Positions 7,591 to 16,328 of a DNA stretch of 34,217 nt are shown piece after piece. The first letter of the stretch is position 1, and the number at the start of each line of letters is the position of its first letter. The notes beneath the pieces are model-generated. The model saw nothing but the letters and a program-made list of their open reading frames with translations, had not been told where the DNA came from and ran no database searches. Source of the stretch: Candidatus Omnitrophota bacterium. Lineage in GTDB: Bacteria; Omnitrophota; Gorgyraeia; JAFGHF01. The position numbers and the translations under genes were made by a program. The DNA lies in assembly GCA_024543015.1 (NCBI GenBank), contig JAMXCY010000001.1:1-34217 (forward strand), given 5' to 3'.

Positions 7591-9048
7591 TCATCCCTTC
7601 ACAACTCCTAGCGGTCGCATACGGCAGACACGTTTAGAGATCCCTGCCTCATGGACTACATTAACTACATCGTTAACATCTTTGTATGCCTCCGGTGCTT
7701 CTTCTGCCAGAGTTTCACGTCCCGTAGAACAGACGATGATCCCCTTTTGCTCTAATTCTTTAGCAATAGAGCGGCCTCTCAGGTTCCTAATCGCAGCCGA
7801 GCGCGATAGGCATCTTCCGCTTCCGTGGCAGGTACTGTAGAAAGTTTCCGCAGCCTTTTTGGTGCCCACTAAAAGATAGGAGTTTCTGCCCATATCTCCG
7901 GGAATAATTACCGGCTGACCAACTGATTTATATTTCTCAGGAAGCTCGTCATGCCCCGGCCCAAAAGCCCGCGTAGCACCTTTGCGATGCACACACAAGG
8001 CCCTGGTTTTACCATCGATTGTATATTTTTCTATCTTGGCAATGTTATGAGCCACATCATAAATTAAATCCATCCCCAAATCTTTGGGCCCAAGATTTAA
8101 AAACTTTTGAAAAGTCCGTCGGACCAGTTCCATCAGAATTTGGCGATTGCACCAGGCGTAATTAGCCGCAGAACGCATCGCCCCCAAATAATTTTTACCT
8201 TCCGGAGAGTTTACCGGCACGCAGGCAAGCTGCCTATCCGGAACGCGGATGCCGTATTTATCCAACGAACGCACCATCCCCCTGGCATAATCATCACAGA
8301 CTTGATAACCAAAACCGCGTGAGCCGGAATGAATCATCACAGTTACCTGGCCCAGATGCAGATTAAAAATTTCTGCGGCCTGTTCGTCATAAATCTGATC
8401 GATAACCTGCACTTCTACGAAATGATTGCCAGAACCTAATGTGCCGGGCTGCTTGGTTCCGCGTTCATAAGCGCGCTTAGATACGGCTCCCGGATCTGCC
8501 CCGGAAATTGCGCCACCTTCTTCGGTGTACTCCAAGTCTTCAGGCCTTCCGTAGCCGCGCTCAAGGGCCCACTGCGCACCTTTGAGTAGAAGCTTCTTTT
8601 CTTCCTGAGTACTGATGCGCACTTCGCCTTTAGAGCCAACACCGGCGGGAATATTGTGAAAGAGCGCATAAATCAAACCGCGTATTTTGCTTTTAAGGTC
8701 CTTTTCAACTAAATTTGTGCGCACAAGACGCACGCCACAATTAATGTCGTAGCCGACTCCTCCGGGTGAGATAACTCCACCGGCCTCAATATCCGTAGCT
8801 GCTACTCCGCCGATACAAAAACCGTAGCCCCAGTGGATATCCGGCATAGCCAGGGAATAATTAACAATCCCCGGCAAATGGGCCACATTAGCAACTTGTT
8901 CCGCTGCACGGTCTGTGCGGATATTTTTTAAGAGCTTCTCATCGGCATAAATAATGCCGGGCACGCGCATGCCCGAATTGTAGCTTTTGGGTATCCGCCA
9001 CCGGTAGTCGTCAATCTTTTCTAATGGTCCGCTCCAGCCTTGTTTCAT
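7591..9048 (-). CDS. rtcB: RNA 3'-phosphate/2',3'-cyclic-phosphate ligase RtcB
   Basis: 485 aa with GGVGYDINCGVR, GSGNHFVEVQ, HSGSRGFG and CHGSGR metal/GMP-binding motifs. No intein-sized insertion. Confidence 0.95.
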   Translation of the reverse strand: MKQGWSGPLEKIDDYRWRIPKSYNSGMRVPGIIYADEKLLKNIRTDRAAEQVANVAHLPGIVNYSLAMPDIHWGYGFCIGGVAATDIEAGGVISPGGVGYDINCGVRLVRTNLVEKDLKSKIRGLIYALFHNIPAGVGSKGEVRISTQEEKKLLLKGAQWALERGYGRPEDLEYTEEGGAISGADPGAVSKRAYERGTKQPGTLGSGNHFVEVQVIDQIYDEQAAEIFNLHLGQVTVMIHSGSRGFGYQVCDDYARGMVRSLDKYGIRVPDRQLACVPVNSPEGKNYLGAMRSAANYAWCNRQILMELVRRTFQKFLNLGPKDLGMDLIYDVAHNIAKIEKYTIDGKTRALCVHRKGATRAFGPGHDELPEKYKSVGQPVIIPGDMGRNSYLLVGTKKAAETFYSTCHGSGRCLSRSAAIRNLRGRSIAKELEQKGIIVCSTGRETLAEEAPEAYKDVNDVVNVVHEAGISKRVCRMRPLGVVKG

Positions 9049-9461
9049 ACGTCTAAGATTACCTCTGCCTGCCAGCTATCTTTAATCTTTTCCACCTTAA
9101 GCTCGTGATAGGTTGCCGCCTTAATCTCTGTCTTCAATGTATGCCTTTTCAAATCCAGCCGCTCTCCTTTTGCCGTGGCATTTATCGCATTTTCAGTTAA
9201 TTTATCGACCATGAATTCTTTAAAGATTATCTTTTTGCTGTTGTAATGATACAAAAGTTCACTCAGCCACGATAAAAAAAGCTCCTCGATATTAGGAGCT
9301 TCCAATTTTATCTTCAAACCTTCTCTTAGGCGCACATTTTTTAAATCCGCCATAATATCGAACATTCCATAGGCGGCATTGGCAAATAAGCTTTTTAGGT
9401 CTTTTCCATAAGCCCTGATTCCGATATCTGCAGTATGATCGATGATTTCATATCGCTTCAT
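9045..9461 (-). CDS. archease (RtcB activator family)
   Basis: 138 aa with N-terminal EIIDHTADIGIRAYG. The stop overlaps the rtcB start (ATGA at 9045..9048). Confidence 0.85.
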   Translation of the reverse strand: MKRYEIIDHTADIGIRAYGKDLKSLFANAAYGMFDIMADLKNVRLREGLKIKLEAPNIEELFLSWLSELLYHYNSKKIIFKEFMVDKLTENAINATAKGERLDLKRHTLKTEIKAATYHELKVEKIKDSWQAEVILDV

Positions 9462-9483
9462 ACGATTTTATTTTTAAAAAATG

Positions 9484-9559
9484 TGGTGAGCCGCGAAGGA
9501 CTCGAACCTTCGACCCACGCCTTAAAAGGGCGTTGCTCTACCAACTGAGCTAGCGGCCC
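9484..9559 (-). tRNA. tRNA-Lys (anticodon UUU), CCA encoded
   Basis: The reverse complement is GGGCCGCTAGCTCAGTTGGTAGAGCAACGCCCTTTTAAGGCGTGGGTCGAAGGTTCGAGTCCTTCGCGGCTCACCA. The anticodon stem is ACGCC/GGCGT with loop CTTTTAA. Confidence 0.93.
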
Positions 9560-9576
9560 AAAAAATAACTGCGAAA

Positions 9577-10137
9577 TTAGCTTTGCTGGATCTCTTTTTC
9601 TTTTACCTCTAAGGCTTCGTCGATTTGGGCGGTATGTTTATCGATCAGCTTCTGCACTTCATCCTGCGATTTAAATCGGTCGTCTTCAGCGATTGCCTTA
9701 TTTTTCTCAAGTTGTTTTAAACTTTCATTGGCATCACGCCGAGCAGTACGCAGGGAAACCCGTCCGCCTTCGGCAACCCGTTTGACAATCTTGCCTAACT
9801 CTTCCCGCCTTTCGTCAGTAAGATGAGGAATGCTAATGCGAATAACCTTACCGTCGTTATTGGGGGTTAAGCCAAGATTAGAGTGCAAAACTGCCTGCTC
9901 TACCTGGGGGATAATGGAGGCGTCCCAGGGATGAATCACAATCAAGCGCACATCAGGGGTCGAGATTGTAGCCAACTGCTTTATCGGAGTTCTGGCTCCG
10001 TAGCAATCCACTAAAATACCCTCAACCAAAGTAGGAGAAGCTCTGCCTGTACGCACCTCGGCAAATTCTCTTTTTACCGCTTCACCGGTCTTTTTCATTT
10101 TGCTTTCGGTATCGTACAAAACATCCTTAATCGCCAT
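9577..10137 (-). CDS. frr: ribosome recycling factor
   Basis: 186 aa, full-length RRF pattern (...FAEVRTGRASPTLVEGI...LTDERREEL...RRDANE...). Confidence 0.97.
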   Translation of the reverse strand: MAIKDVLYDTESKMKKTGEAVKREFAEVRTGRASPTLVEGILVDCYGARTPIKQLATISTPDVRLIVIHPWDASIIPQVEQAVLHSNLGLTPNNDGKVIRISIPHLTDERREELGKIVKRVAEGGRVSLRTARRDANESLKQLEKNKAIAEDDRFKSQDEVQKLIDKHTAQIDEALEVKEKEIQQS

Positions 10138-10149
10138 TGCCTTCTCCTT

Positions 10150-10884
10150 TTACTTCACAATTGTGCCGATTTTCTCTCCCATAACAATCCGCTTTATATT
10201 ACCGGATTTTTTAAGATTGAATACAATAATCGGCAAATTATTATCCATACATAAACTGATTGCCGTAGCATCCATTACTTTAAGTCCCATCTTGAGTACA
10301 TCGATATATGCAAGTTGGCTGAATTTCCTGGCTTTTTTATCTTTTTTGGGGTCGGCGGAATATACACCGTCCACTTTAGTGGCCTTAAGGATGACTTCTG
10401 CTCCTATTTCGTTTGCGCGCAGAGCAGCGGTAGTGTCAGTAGAAAAATAAGGGCTTCCCGTGCCGGCTACAAAGATTACTACCCGGCCTTTTTCCAGGTG
10501 CCTAAGGGCTTTTCGCCTGATATAAGGTTCGGCCAACTCCTGCATCGCAATGGCAGTTTGGACCCGGGTAAACACACCCATCTTTTCCAGGGTGTCCTGA
10601 AGCGCTAAACCATTAATTACTGTGGCCAGCATCCCCATATAATCAGCGGCAACCCTGCTCATACCGCGACTGGCAGCATTCAAGCCTCGGAAGATGTTTC
10701 CTCCGCCGACCACTACGGCTACCTCTACTCCCAGATCGGCTATTTCCTTTATCTGCCGGGCAATTGAAGAGATGATCGCGCCGTCAATGCCGTATTCTCG
10801 CTTGCTACCTAAGGCCTCGCCGCTAATTTTGAGGACAATACGCTTAAATTTAGGGCGCTTCTTTTTTTTCTTCTTCGGGTTCAA
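10150..10884 (-). CDS. pyrH: UMP kinase
   Basis: [23 protein letters not shown] and [16 protein letters not shown] motifs, with a Lys-rich N-terminal extension. Confidence 0.97.
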   Translation of the reverse strand: MNPKKKKKKRPKFKRIVLKISGEALGSKREYGIDGAIISSIARQIKEIADLGVEVAVVVGGGNIFRGLNAASRGMSRVAADYMGMLATVINGLALQDTLEKMGVFTRVQTAIAMQELAEPYIRRKALRHLEKGRVVIFVAGTGSPYFSTDTTAALRANEIGAEVILKATKVDGVYSADPKKDKKARKFSQLAYIDVLKMGLKVMDATAISLCMDNNLPIIVFNLKKSGNIKRIVMGEKIGTIVK

Positions 10885-11417
10885 ATTAGTTCTCCTACCT
10901 GAAAGCGGATAAACCTGCGAATAACAATATTTTCGCCTATTTTACCGATCAAATCTGTTAAATAATCTTTAATCAACTGGGTCTGGTCTTTAATAAAAGG
11001 CTGCTCCAGAAGGCAAGCCTCCTTATAAAAATCCTCTAAGCGGTCTTTATGCTCCTGGGCCACTTTTTTAGGTACGTCTTCTTTTTTGACATAAACGGGG
11101 CTAAGCGCGGTTATTTGCATAGCTAAATCTTTAGTAAATTTTTTAAACTCATCGCATTTAGAGACAAAGTCTGTCTCACAATTGACTTCTAAGAGCACTC
11201 CTATTCTACTGTGCATGTGCACATAAGCCTCAATCCGTCCTTCGCCAGTTTGGCGGGAGGCCTTTTTGGCAGCAAGGGCCTTTCCCTTTTTGCGCAATTC
11301 CTGTATCGCTTTCTCAAAATTCCCTTTAGCTGTCTCCAGGGCATGCTTGCAATCTATAACTCCGGCGCTGGTGGCCTCGCGTAATTTTTGTATATCTTTG
11401 GCGCTAATCTTCATCAT
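10881..11417 (-). CDS. tsf: translation elongation factor Ts (short form)
   Basis: N-terminal UBA-like segment ([35 protein letters not shown]), then EVNCETDFV. There are 4-nt overlaps with both neighbours. Confidence 0.93.
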   Translation of the reverse strand: MMKISAKDIQKLREATSAGVIDCKHALETAKGNFEKAIQELRKKGKALAAKKASRQTGEGRIEAYVHMHSRIGVLLEVNCETDFVSKCDEFKKFTKDLAMQITALSPVYVKKEDVPKKVAQEHKDRLEDFYKEACLLEQPFIKDQTQLIKDYLTDLIGKIGENIVIRRFIRFQVGELI

Positions 11418-12295
11418 TCTCCTTTAGTTTCCTGTTGGGGCCCGGGTTCCATTTTGATTTCTCGGATGTCTGGTTCTTTTATCTTCTCTTCTTCAGCCTC
11501 TATGATCTGCTCTTCGACTTGGGGCATGGGTTCTTTAACTGCAATCTCCTCGGGGCTTTTTTCCTCTTGGGGAGCTTCTTTGTCTTTTTTACTCTCTTTA
11601 CTCTCCGGATGTTCTTTTCTTCCGGCCAACATATTATCCGCAATTATAGAAACGACTAGTTTAATTGACCTGATGGCATCGTCGTTGCCGGGAATAGGAT
11701 AAGCAATATCTTCGGGGTCGCAGTTGGTGTCTAAAAGCGCGATCACCGGAATAGAAAGCCTTAAGGCCTCCTGTACAGCAGTCTCTTCTTTTTTCGGATC
11801 TACTATTACTAAAGCTGCGGGAAGGCTTTTCATCTTTACTATTCCCGATAGCTTCTTTTTTAAGCGGGCAATCTCTTTATCCAGCGTGGCTATTTCCTTT
11901 TTACTCAAAGAAGCTGTGCTTTCCGGAGCCCTTAAGGCCTCCATGGAATGTAGACGGTCAATGCTTTTACGGATAGTTTGAAAATTGGTCAGGGTACCCC
12001 CCAACCATCTCTCGTTAACATAAAACATCCCGCAACGAGTAGCCTCAACGGCAATGGTCTCCTGGGCCTGCTTCTTGGTGCCCACAAAAAGGGCCACCTT
12101 GCCTGATAGAGCTAAGTCTTTGAGGAATTCACAAGCTGCCTTTAAGCGCTGGGCAGTCTGCTGAAGGTCGATAATGTAAATATCGCTTCTTTGCCCAAAG
12201 ATAAACTTCTTCATCTTGGGATTCCAGCGTTTAGTCTGGTGCCCAAAATGCACACCCGCCTCTAAAAGTTGTCTAATCAAAGTTTCTACTGTCAA
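11414..12295 (-). CDS. rpsB: 30S ribosomal protein S2 with an acidic C-terminal extension
   Basis: [19 protein letters not shown]. The start is TTG at 12295, preceded by GGAGAG. The last ~68 aa are Glu/Lys/Pro-rich low complexity. Confidence 0.97.
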   Translation of the reverse strand: MTVETLIRQLLEAGVHFGHQTKRWNPKMKKFIFGQRSDIYIIDLQQTAQRLKAACEFLKDLALSGKVALFVGTKKQAQETIAVEATRCGMFYVNERWLGGTLTNFQTIRKSIDRLHSMEALRAPESTASLSKKEIATLDKEIARLKKKLSGIVKMKSLPAALVIVDPKKEETAVQEALRLSIPVIALLDTNCDPEDIAYPIPGNDDAIRSIKLVVSIIADNMLAGRKEHPESKESKKDKEAPQEEKSPEEIAVKEPMPQVEEQIIEAEEEKIKEPDIREIKMEPGPQQETKGE

Positions 12296-12389
12296 ATTGC
12301 ATCTCTCCTTCCTAAGGGTTATTGATTTTCTGCTATATCTAAATAGTATATCAACATGTTACCTTTTTTTCAATCATTTTCTAAAACTC

Positions 12390-14207
12390 TTAAACGTCGC
12401 GAAATTGCAGCTGGTAGAGCTGTTTATACAGACCGCCCTTCTTCATCAACTCCTCATGCGTGCCACATTCGGCAATCTTTCCTTTATCTAAGACCACGAT
12501 TTTAGTGGCATTTCTCACCGTAGAAAGCCGGTGGGCAATGACAAAGACAGTGCGCCCGCGCATTAATCTATCTAAGGCTTGTTGGACCAGAATTTCGGAT
12601 TGAGAATCAAGCTGTGAGGTGGCTTCATCCAGGATTAAAATAGGGGGATTTTTCAATAGCGCGCGGGCAATAGCCAGGCGCTGTTTTTCGCCTCCGGAAA
12701 GCCTAAAGCCCCTATCGCCGATAACAGTATCGTAACCTTTAGGTAGGACCCGGATAAACTCATCCGCCCCGGCAGCACGCGCTGCCTGAACTACTGCCTC
12801 AAATGAGGCCTGAATGTTGCCGTAAGCGATATTGATCCTTACCGTATCGTTAAACAGAAACATCTCCTGGGTAACAATGCCCATCTTTCCTCTTAAAGAT
12901 TTGAGGCTAAGCTGGCAAATATCATGCCCGTCAACAGTAATCTGCCCCTGTGTTGCTTCATAGAAACGCCCGATTAAATTAATCAGGGTGGTCTTACCTA
13001 CGCCGCTGGGCCCGACAATTGCCAAAACGGTCCCCACCGGCACTTCTAAATTAATATTTTTAAGCACTTCTTCTTTTTCGCCTCTGTATTTGAAACTGAC
13101 GTTCTCAAAGCGAATTGCTTTATTAATCTCGAGCAAATCAATTGCTCCGGGCTTATCATGGATATCTACCGGCGCATCTAAAATTTGGAAGATGCGCGTG
13201 GCCGCGGCTGAGGCCTGTTGCATCACAGCGTTGATGTTGCTTAAACGCTTAAAGGGCTGTGTGCACTGAAACATGGCCCCCATAAAAGCAGTAAACATGC
13301 CGAACGACAATTCTCCCTGAATAATCTGCTTTCCCCCTATATACAAAACGAGCATCGCCGCAGTTGCTCCTACAATTTCAGTAATCGGGCTGACGGAAAT
13401 AATCCGCTTTGCTGACTTCATCATAATTTTATAATATCCCTGGTTGGCATTCGTAAACTTGTCTACCTCATAGTTTTCCATGGAGAAAATCTTCACTATC
13501 CTTATCCCTGAAATACCCTCATAAAGTATGGAGGTTACCTCTTCCATCTTCTCCTGGGTCTTGGTGCTAATCTTGCGCAAGGCCTTGCCAATTCTGACTA
13601 TCGGGATACTGATAAAGGGAAAAAGCACAATAGAAAACAAAAAAAGCCGCCAGTTGATAAAAATAGCGATACTGAGCAAAATGACTATTTTAAAGCCTTG
13701 ATAGAATACATCGGTTAGCCCCTGGGCGATGGAATTATTAATTACTCCTACATCGTGAGTAATCCGGGAAACCAGGGCGCCAACTTTGCTTTTACTGTAA
13801 TACTCCAGGGAAAGATTCTGATATTTGGCATAGATGGCGTTACGGATATCGCGCAACACCAACTGGCCTACCTTAGCCATCAAATACTGGCGGATAAAGG
13901 CGCTTATGCCTTTAAGAATAAAAATCCCCATGAAGCTAAGGACTATCAGCTTTAAGAGCTTTAAACGAGGCATGGCATTGATTGCGCTGACCAACTGGTT
14001 CAAGACTGCAGGTAAAGGTCTGGTAATTGCTATCTCCTTGCCAGTAAAGACGTTGTCAATCATGGGAATGGCCGGAGCAATCTGGGCGCCGTCAAAAAGC
14101 GCGGAGGCGAACATACAGACGACTGCCAGCACAAAAATGCCCAGATGGGGTTTTAGGAATCGCAAAAGTCTAAAAAAGTCTTTCATAGTAGCTAGAGAGT
14201 ATAACAT
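12390..14207 (-). CDS. msbA: ABC transporter, fused permease/ATPase, MsbA-like (lipid A flippase candidate)
   Basis: Six-TM exporter domain plus an NBD with Walker A GPSGVGKTT, signature LSGGEKQR and Walker B ILILDEATS. It sits in a lipid A gene neighbourhood. The true start may be Met8 (ATG 14186). Confidence 0.8.
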   Translation of the reverse strand: MLYSLATMKDFFRLLRFLKPHLGIFVLAVVCMFASALFDGAQIAPAIPMIDNVFTGKEIAITRPLPAVLNQLVSAINAMPRLKLLKLIVLSFMGIFILKGISAFIRQYLMAKVGQLVLRDIRNAIYAKYQNLSLEYYSKSKVGALVSRITHDVGVINNSIAQGLTDVFYQGFKIVILLSIAIFINWRLFLFSIVLFPFISIPIVRIGKALRKISTKTQEKMEEVTSILYEGISGIRIVKIFSMENYEVDKFTNANQGYYKIMMKSAKRIISVSPITEIVGATAAMLVLYIGGKQIIQGELSFGMFTAFMGAMFQCTQPFKRLSNINAVMQQASAAATRIFQILDAPVDIHDKPGAIDLLEINKAIRFENVSFKYRGEKEEVLKNINLEVPVGTVLAIVGPSGVGKTTLINLIGRFYEATQGQITVDGHDICQLSLKSLRGKMGIVTQEMFLFNDTVRINIAYGNIQASFEAVVQAARAAGADEFIRVLPKGYDTVIGDRGFRLSGGEKQRLAIARALLKNPPILILDEATSQLDSQSEILVQQALDRLMRGRTVFVIAHRLSTVRNATKIVVLDKGKIAECGTHEELMKKGGLYKQLYQLQFRDV

Positions 14208-14226
14208 AACTGTTGCATTTTGTCTA
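14198..14226 (-). promoter_or_regulatory. candidate promoter for the msbA-like gene
   Basis: The minus strand reads TAGACA (14226..14221), a 17-nt spacer ending in TGT (extended -10), then TATACT (14203..14198). This would put the TSS a few nt before ATG 14186. Confidence 0.3.
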
Positions 14227-14241
14227 TATGTTTTGTATAAT
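14213..14241 (+). promoter_or_regulatory. candidate sigma70 promoter for the oxidoreductase-lpxB-pilZ/pilT unit
   Basis: TTGCAT (14213..14218), an exact 17-nt spacer, then TATAAT (14236..14241). The ATG at 14249 lies only 7 nt after the -10. Confidence 0.45.
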
Positions 14242-14248
14242 TTAGGTT

Positions 14249-15184
14249 ATGGAAAAGCTAAGAGTAGCAGTGGTCGGAGTAGGCTCATTAGGCGCAATCC
14301 ATGCGCGTATATTTAGTAAACTCGACAATGCTCAACTGGTAGGAGTAGCAGAGGTGAACTTAAACAGGGCAAAAAAGATTGCCCGAGCCTGCCGTTGTCA
14401 GTATTTCAGCGATTTCAGGCAGCTTTTCGGGGTCGTAAACGCAGCCAGCATTGTCGTACCCACCAAACTGCATTATAAAGTAGCTCAAGAATTCCTTAAG
14501 CACAATATCCATATTCTGGTAGAGAAACCTTTCACCAGTACTGTAAGCGAAGCCGACAAACTCCTGGCTCTGGCGAAAAAAAATGGCCTTGTGCTTCAGG
14601 TAGGCCATGTAGAAAGATATAACGCTGCTATTCAAGCGATACAACAGCTTCCCGGAAAACCTAAGTTTATAGAATGCCACCGCTTAGGCACTTTTGCTGC
14701 GCGAGTTAAAGATGTAGGAGTCGTCTTAGACTTAATGATCCATGATATTGATATTGTCCTGGGCATGGTTGATGCCCCTGTTGAATCTATCCAGGCCGTA
14801 GGAATAAATGTACTCACCGAACATGAAGATATTGCCAATGCCCGGCTTAACTTTAAAAACGGGGCCGTAGCCAATATTACCGCCAGCCGCATCTCGCCCA
14901 AATCAATGCGCAAGATCAGGTTATTTCAGGAAAACGCATATATCTCTTTAGACTACGAAGCTCAAGAGGCCTTGATCTACAAAAAACAGGGAAACAAAAT
15001 TACCAGAAGAAAAATCAATATTAAAAAAGAGAAGCCCCTGGAGAAAGAACTGCGGTCTTTTATCCGGTGTGTGAAAGAAAGAAAGGCCCCGCTTGTTTCA
15101 GGCCTTGAAGGCAGAAACGCCTTAGCTGTAGCAACCGAAATCTTAGAGAAAATAAAAACCCCAAAGAGCCTTCCCCATGCCTAA
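14249..15184 (+). CDS. Gfo/Idh/MocA-family NAD(P)-dependent oxidoreductase (GnnA-like candidate)
   Basis: N-terminal Rossmann segment RVAVVGVGSLG and the family EKP motif (ILVEKPF). There is an 8-nt overlap (ATGCCTAA) with the lpxB start. Confidence 0.85.
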   Translation: MEKLRVAVVGVGSLGAIHARIFSKLDNAQLVGVAEVNLNRAKKIARACRCQYFSDFRQLFGVVNAASIVVPTKLHYKVAQEFLKHNIHILVEKPFTSTVSEADKLLALAKKNGLVLQVGHVERYNAAIQAIQQLPGKPKFIECHRLGTFAARVKDVGVVLDLMIHDIDIVLGMVDAPVESIQAVGINVLTEHEDIANARLNFKNGAVANITASRISPKSMRKIRLFQENAYISLDYEAQEALIYKKQGNKITRRKINIKKEKPLEKELRSFIRCVKERKAPLVSGLEGRNALAVATEILEKIKTPKSLPHA

Positions 15185-16313
15185 AAGGATTATGATTATA
15201 GCCGGGGAGTCTTCCGGTGATTTCCATAGCGCCTCTTTAATCCATGCCTTAAAAACAATGGATTCTGATCTGGAAATTTCCGGAATCGGCGGAGAAAGAA
15301 TGCGCCAAGCTGGCGCTAAAATCTACGTCGATATCTCTGAACTCTCTATCATTGGCTTTACCGGTGTTCTGGCAAACCTCAAGAAAATTAAACAGGCCTT
15401 TAGCACAGTGCTTTCTGCAATTGACGCCCAGGCGCCGGATGTATGCGTGCTTGTCGATTATCCCGGATTTAATTTAAAACTTGCCTCGGAACTGAAGAAA
15501 AGAAAAATCCCGGTCATTTACTATATCAGCCCGCAAATCTGGGCCTGGTGGCCAGGAAGAATTAAGACTATTAAGCGACTTGTAGATAAAATGATTGTGG
15601 TCTTTAAATTTGAAGAGGCCCTTTATAAGGAATACGGAGTTGACGTCTCTTTTGTCGGACATCCCCTCTTGGATAAGGCCTATCCTCAAATATCCCGTGA
15701 AGATTTCCTCAAGAAATTGGGTCTGTCTTCTCACAAACAAACAATCGGACTTATGCCGGGCTCTCGGAGAATAGAAGTAGAAAGGATTTTGCCTATTCTG
15801 TTAAAAAGCGCAAAAATAATCCGCCAAAAATTACCCCAAGTCCAATTTGCCCTACTTAAGGCACCGGGGTTAGCAGATAATATTTTCCAAGCAAAGATAA
15901 AAAAGTTTGACTTGCCTGTAGTTTTATGCGAGAATCAAACATATGAGTTCTTAAACTCCTGCGATTTTGCGCTGGTGGCCTCGGGCACAGCGACGCTGGA
16001 GACGGCAATTATGCAAACGCCGATGGCTATAGTTTACAACGTATCTTTTCTCAACTGGTTAATTGCCCGGATGTTGATTAGGTTACCTTTTATTGGTTTG
16101 GTCAATGTGGTCGCCGGAAAGAAGATTATTCCAGAATTTATTCAATTTCAGGCAAGGCCTAAAAGTATCGCCGGATGTGTCCTGGAGACCCTGGGTAGTC
16201 AGGAAAAGCTGGCCAAAATAAAAGCAGAGCTGGAGAAGGTACGTGCCAGCTTGGGAACCTCCGGAGCAAGCGAACGCGCAGCTAAACTAATACTAAATTC
16301 GCTTATTTCATAA
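15177..16313 (+). CDS. lpxB: lipid-A-disaccharide synthase
   Basis: 378 aa with N-terminal IIAGESSGD, YYISPQIWAW and a GT-B C-terminal half (ASGTATLE). Confidence 0.93.
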   Translation: MPKRIMIIAGESSGDFHSASLIHALKTMDSDLEISGIGGERMRQAGAKIYVDISELSIIGFTGVLANLKKIKQAFSTVLSAIDAQAPDVCVLVDYPGFNLKLASELKKRKIPVIYYISPQIWAWWPGRIKTIKRLVDKMIVVFKFEEALYKEYGVDVSFVGHPLLDKAYPQISREDFLKKLGLSSHKQTIGLMPGSRRIEVERILPILLKSAKIIRQKLPQVQFALLKAPGLADNIFQAKIKKFDLPVVLCENQTYEFLNSCDFALVASGTATLETAIMQTPMAIVYNVSFLNWLIARMLIRLPFIGLVNVVAGKKIIPEFIQFQARPKSIAGCVLETLGSQEKLAKIKAELEKVRASLGTSGASERAAKLILNSLIS

Positions 16314-16328
16314 GAAAGGAGCGGATCT

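Noticed and set aside
10862-10869. T8 (A8 on the coding strand) homopolymer in the Lys-run at the pyrH 5' end / tsf 3' end, as a possible phase-variation tract
   Set aside because: It lies in essential, translationally coupled genes. The run simply encodes KKKKKK, and there is no evidence of length heterogeneity from a single sequence.
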